A stretch of 64,000 nucleotides of DNA from Kiritimatiellia bacterium. Its GTDB lineage: Bacteria > Verrucomicrobiota > Kiritimatiellia > RFP12 > UBA1067. The notes beneath the pieces are model-generated. The model ran no database searches and had not been told where the DNA came from. It saw nothing but the letters and a program-made list of their open reading frames with translations. The stretch lies in contig JAFSMR010000006.1 in the NCBI GenBank assembly GCA_017447805.1, forward strand, positions 50,314-114,313. Reading direction: 5' to 3'. The position numbers and the translations under genes are program-made. Positions 60,131 to 64,000 of the stretch are shown one piece after another (position 1 is the first letter of the stretch; each line of letters begins with the position of its first letter).

Positions 60131-61024
60131 ATGAATATGTCAAAATGTAAGAGTACTAAAATATTCAAGTATATCACCGCGGGGGCAATAGTCCTCGCGG
60201 TGGTGATTACGATTGCTCTTCTTTTCTTGCTCTATCGCGAAAAGAATTCAGCAATCGAGCAAGAGAAAGATACGCAAGCGACTCCCGGTAATTTGATAGA
60301 AGAAAAAACGCCGGATGCAGGAAGCGTAGAGAGTAAAAAACTTGTTTCGAGCAAAGGCAAAGAGAAAGGCGAAGAAAAGAATCTTACGCAAGAAGAATAT
60401 AACGCCATTCGAAAAGGCAAAAAATACGATGCGCAAAAAACAATAGAGCGCAAGCGCGCGCAGAGCATACAACCCGCTGCGCCATCTATTGCCTACGAAG
60501 ATTTATCACCTGAAGATCAAGCGCTTTTCGATAAAATCGATGCGGCGTATGAGGCAGATAATCTTGAAGAAGCGATAAAACTATCTGCGGAAGTTCGCGA
60601 AAACGGCTCGAAGACTGTCCGCGAGCAGATGATTTTTGCGCTAGGCTGGTTTGGCGAAAAGGCGATCGAGGAGCTTTTGCCATATTTAGCCGATCCGGAC
60701 GAGGAAGTCGCCGATTGGGCGTTATCTAACTGGAATTCCGCCTTGGCCGAAGTAGAATCGCAAAACGATAAAATCAAGATCGTCGAAACAGTAATGAAAT
60801 CGTTGACCAACAAGGAGTTTCTTGAAGATGTAAGCATGGAATATCTTGATGTCGACGATAGAATTGCGATAGAATCGATAATAAGGGTAGTTAACGAAGC
60901 GACGAATGAAGGCGCCGCGCAGGCGAAGGAAATGTATTCCATGATTACCGGTCGAGATTACACTACCGAGCAAGAGGCGCGTCAATGGATGGAAGATTTT
61001 GCGCCTGATACGACCAAAGAATAG
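60131..61024 (+). CDS. membrane-anchored HEAT-repeat protein
   Basis: 297 aa. One N-terminal TM helix, a Lys/Glu-rich linker, then HEAT/PBS-lyase-like repeats (ALGWFGEKAIEELLPYLADPDEEV). Starts 6 nt after the caspase-domain gene. Confidence 0.6.
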   Translation: MNMSKCKSTKIFKYITAGAIVLAVVITIALLFLLYREKNSAIEQEKDTQATPGNLIEEKTPDAGSVESKKLVSSKGKEKGEEKNLTQEEYNAIRKGKKYDAQKTIERKRAQSIQPAAPSIAYEDLSPEDQALFDKIDAAYEADNLEEAIKLSAEVRENGSKTVREQMIFALGWFGEKAIEELLPYLADPDEEVADWALSNWNSALAEVESQNDKIKIVETVMKSLTNKEFLEDVSMEYLDVDDRIAIESIIRVVNEATNEGAAQAKEMYSMITGRDYTTEQEARQWMEDFAPDTTKE

Positions 61025-63063
61025 CGTGTCGAATCTTCTTTACCGGATGTAAAAGATTTATTCATCGGCACGGGAATTTTCCGTGCCGAAATCTTTATCG
61101 TATATATTCCAGATTCGGGATTTTGGATAATCGCTTTCTCGACATTATTCAGCTTATCGGGAGAAGTGAGATTGTTCGGGAAAAATTTTTTGCCGGAAGG
61201 GGAGATTATTTCGATATCAAGATCGTTCACAAGATTTTTCTTTGCCGCCACAAGCGAAGGGGCGTCGGTGTAGGCTAGGACAGCCTTAAGGGGGATTTTG
61301 CCATCTGGAATAAAGTAAAAAATTTGTTCTTCGCCAGCAGTAATTATTCTTGAATCGAAAACTTCGATGTTTCTCGTTCCATCCGGTAGAGCGGCCGCAA
61401 TATCTACAAGTCCCCAGCCTTCGACAAAATTCGGGGTTTCTGGCGGAATTTCGCGAAACTCGGCTACTCCATATTGCCCAGGAGTAATTGATCTTGCGCC
61501 AAGAATCAGCATCGCCTTGATTGTTGCGGAATCGGGATTTTCGATATTTCGATATTTACGCAAATATTCTCTAAGAAGCGCGGCGCATCCGGCAACGATA
61601 GGACACGCCATGCTAGTTCCCGATTTGCAGCAGTATGGCGTTTCATTGCCTCGCGGAGAAATTTGAGATCGCAAAGAGCAAATCATTGTGCCTGGCGCGA
61701 TGATATCGGGTTTTATTCTTCCATCATCGCAGGGGCCGCGACCGGAAAAGGCGGCAATTCCAATTGTTCCTTGTTTAGCGGGCAAGCCTGGATCATCAGA
61801 GGCGATTGGTTCGGAAGAAAAAAAACGAGGAGAAATCTTTCCGTAGCCTATCTTGCACGGACGAAAATTTTCGCATGCACCGACCGAGATTATGTTTTTT
61901 GCCGTTGCTTGGGAATTAAGAGAATCCAAATCTACTATTCCATCATTGTTTAAATCGGCAGCATCATTGCCCGAAGCGAAGAGAATAACGAGGTCGGGAT
62001 GTTCGAAAGCGAATTTATCGATAACTTTGCAATCTTCAATGTAGGCGCCGAGGAAATCCGCCCCTCCTGGACCCAATTCGCGGCCTTCCCCCCAACTGTT
62101 GGAATGAATCCTTGCGCCTTTTTTGCCTTCTTCATCGATGTATGCTTGAAGAAAGAGATCTTTTAGATTAGTAGGGCGGATTTCTTCGCCACTCTCGCCC
62201 ATTAAAGATTGAATAATCAGATTCGCTTCGTATGCAGGTGCACGGTAGAGTCCGCGCGAAAGTTTCCCATCGCCTATCGCCGCGCCGCAAATATGGGTGC
62301 CGTGTCCCATAGGGTCGCTCCAATCCCCGGCTCTGCCCACGGCGTATGCACGCAAAACCCTGCCCTTGATATCAGGGTGCAGAGTCTCGAAATTGCCGGT
62401 ATCCAGCCCTGTATCGGCAATTGCGATAATTTCGCCTTCGCCGCTTAAGTGAAGATTGTTTGGACCATTGCCGAGATTAAGCGAGCGGTAATCCATTAAC
62501 TCGCTTTGCGAAGATTTATCGACGAGCAATTTAGCGTTGTTTACGACCGATAGATCGATCCAAGCGACTTCATCGTCGGCGGCAATTTCAATAATGGCTT
62601 TTTCGTTTAGAATAGCGCGTATGATTTCACCAGAGGAATATACCGTTTTGCATCCTTCGAGCGAAGCGATTTTATCTTCGATTATTGGTCTTGCCGCTTC
62701 TTCGAATAGGCTCACAAGGTATTCATGAAAGCCAGATTCGAGGGGACTGGAAAATTTATATTCCTTTTTGTACGGGCCCATGTAGGAATGGGGAATTCTT
62801 TCGGCAATAGATTCAGCTTTATTTCTTTCGCACTTAATCAAGTAGGCCTCATCCGGTAGATAGCCATAAATTCTAGCTCCCTCGTTGAGAATTGTTTTGC
62901 GCCATTCTGGGGTAATGGCAGAAGGAGATGAAATTATATATAGAGATGCAGCTTCTTCGATAAAGGTTCCCTCGTCAGATATTTCGCCGGAGCGCAAAAT
63001 AATTGAAGCCTCTAAAGGAATTAGAGGCTTTAGGACGAGAATAATCGCAATCAGTCGTTTCAT
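60982..63063 (-). CDS. secreted subtilisin-like serine protease (peptidase S8)
   Basis: 693 aa with signal peptide. Catalytic triad motifs AIADTGLD, HGTHICG, SGTSMACP. C-terminal beta-sandwich tail. Confidence 0.88.
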   Translation of the reverse strand: MKRLIAIILVLKPLIPLEASIILRSGEISDEGTFIEEAASLYIISSPSAITPEWRKTILNEGARIYGYLPDEAYLIKCERNKAESIAERIPHSYMGPYKKEYKFSSPLESGFHEYLVSLFEEAARPIIEDKIASLEGCKTVYSSGEIIRAILNEKAIIEIAADDEVAWIDLSVVNNAKLLVDKSSQSELMDYRSLNLGNGPNNLHLSGEGEIIAIADTGLDTGNFETLHPDIKGRVLRAYAVGRAGDWSDPMGHGTHICGAAIGDGKLSRGLYRAPAYEANLIIQSLMGESGEEIRPTNLKDLFLQAYIDEEGKKGARIHSNSWGEGRELGPGGADFLGAYIEDCKVIDKFAFEHPDLVILFASGNDAADLNNDGIVDLDSLNSQATAKNIISVGACENFRPCKIGYGKISPRFFSSEPIASDDPGLPAKQGTIGIAAFSGRGPCDDGRIKPDIIAPGTMICSLRSQISPRGNETPYCCKSGTSMACPIVAGCAALLREYLRKYRNIENPDSATIKAMLILGARSITPGQYGVAEFREIPPETPNFVEGWGLVDIAAALPDGTRNIEVFDSRIITAGEEQIFYFIPDGKIPLKAVLAYTDAPSLVAAKKNLVNDLDIEIISPSGKKFFPNNLTSPDKLNNVEKAIIQNPESGIYTIKISARKIPVPMNKSFTSGKEDSTRYSLVVSGAKSSIH

Positions 63064-63761
63064 TGTTCTTTTGCGCGATTAGCTAGGAATGCGCTTGCAT
63101 CTGCTACAGCGCGATTCGTGAGCGCGGCGAGCGACCAAATCTTCATCGCGGCATCATCCGTTGCATCGGCGCCAAGAGGCGAGAAAATCGGGATTGGCCC
63201 CCAAACGGTTACTGCGCATTCTTGCGAGTATTCGCAGAAATGAACGACTTTGCCGGATTTCGCTTCGCGGATTTTCAGCCTTGCAGTCCAAGTCTCTTTA
63301 TCGTAATCTGCGGTCAAGAGCGAGAAGAGGACAGTGCAGAAACGTGCGGCCTTGGTGCCATCTGCCACTGCCGGGCCGGAATACGCGAGGTCGATGATGT
63401 AATCGGGGTCTTTCGCAACGACAATGAAACCTGCAGCTTCCAGAGAATCCGTTGCGTTATCGCGAAAGAGAGTAGAAGCGTTTATTTGCGGGATGTAGGT
63501 AGTAGTCGAGTATGTTTCGGAATGAACATCATTTGCGTGGCGACCATGGCGGGCGTAGCTTGAGTCGTGACCCCAAACGGTAGTGTAACTATGGACAGGT
63601 TGATATGTCGTGAAAATCGCCTCGAAGCCGGAAAGCTGAACGCGCAGTTCTTTGCCTTCTTCGAGCGGGGAAATTTGTGTCACTGGATTTTCGGTATGAT
63701 AAAGAGTAAAGCAACCAGTAAGAGACAAAAGGGCACATGCGGCAATAATTAGATTTTTCAT
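63060..63761 (-). CDS. lipoprotein of unknown function
   Basis: 233 aa. Lipobox LTGC. 4-nt overlap with the S8 protease gene. Confidence 0.6.
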   Translation of the reverse strand: MKNLIIAACALLSLTGCFTLYHTENPVTQISPLEEGKELRVQLSGFEAIFTTYQPVHSYTTVWGHDSSYARHGRHANDVHSETYSTTTYIPQINASTLFRDNATDSLEAAGFIVVAKDPDYIIDLAYSGPAVADGTKAARFCTVLFSLLTADYDKETWTARLKIREAKSGKVVHFCEYSQECAVTVWGPIPIFSPLGADATDDAAMKIWSLAALTNRAVADASAFLANRAKEQ

Positions 63762-63779
63762 CGGCTGTTTGTTCCTTTC

Positions 63780-64000
63780 TTAGTTTAGATAGTTTTCGTC
63801 AAGGCGCATCTTTGCTTCCAGCTCTTGCGCTTTATCATTGATTTCGGCGGCAAATTCTTTATCTCCAAGCGCGTTTAGGCATTTTGCATATTCTTTTAAG
63901 ACTACCGGGTCATCGCGCTTTATTGAAATCATCGCGGCGAAGCAGTTCGCGGCTTCCGCCATATTGCCCACGCTTTGATAGGTTCTTGCCGCGATTCCAA
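63780..64000 (-). CDS. TPR-like repeat protein (5' end outside the window)
   Basis: The reading frame stays open to the window edge; the GTG at 63971 is only the track start. TPR-like A..Y...G....A...F pattern. Confidence 0.5.
   Translation of the reverse strand, partial: GIAARTYQSVGNMAEAANCFAAMISIKRDDPVVLKEYAKCLNALGDKEFAAEINDKAQELEAKMRLDENYLN

Overview
64-kb chromosomal segment, roughly 50% GC by eye, from a Gram-negative and probably anaerobic, polymer-degrading bacterium. Supporting gene content: GTP-type PEP carboxykinase, a four-subunit-type 2-oxoacid:ferredoxin oxidoreductase, an anSME-type radical SAM enzyme, CstA, a V-type ATPase subunit, a GspG-like pseudopilin domain, and many secreted glycosidase and protease proteins. 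Lineage cannot be fixed from sequence alone; a PVC- or Fibrobacterota-like organism is only a guess. About 64 protein genes and one tRNA-Ser(GCU) are supported. Most are housekeeping: recR, ligA, folE, proC, rsgA, gdhA, serA, cstA, pckG, pbpC, rplU-rpmA, prmA, argH, tpiA, nagA, gltX. They sit in tightly coupled operons of unrelated functions, with many 1-, 4- and 8-nt start/stop overlaps. The clearly accessory part is about 12.97-21.25 kb, between gdhA and serA. It holds a DUF1016 nuclease, an AT-richer acyltransferase-ACP-KASIII-SDR cassette behind a long structured leader, about 570 bp of strictly 42-bp tandem repeats, three orphan small genes, and a Phd/ParE toxin-antitoxin pair. Blocks of a modular mosaic repeat family separate these modules and recur elsewhere in the window. 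Other points of interest: (1) a catalytically degenerate ketosynthase-fold protein translationally coupled to a SPASM radical SAM enzyme directly downstream of tRNA-Ser; (2) a recurrent TGnTATAAT promoter with GC-rich discriminator placed so close to several ATGs that the mRNAs must be leaderless or nearly so; (3) an orphan V-ATPase B subunit and a stand-alone GMP-synthase ATP-PPase subunit; (4) a 6x21-aa repeat lipoprotein abutting an rsgA that lacks its zinc-finger domain; (5) a secreted caspase-fold giant protein with a HEAT-repeat partner, facing a TPR-lipoprotein-subtilase operon. No CRISPR array, rRNA, integrase, transposase or phage genes were seen.
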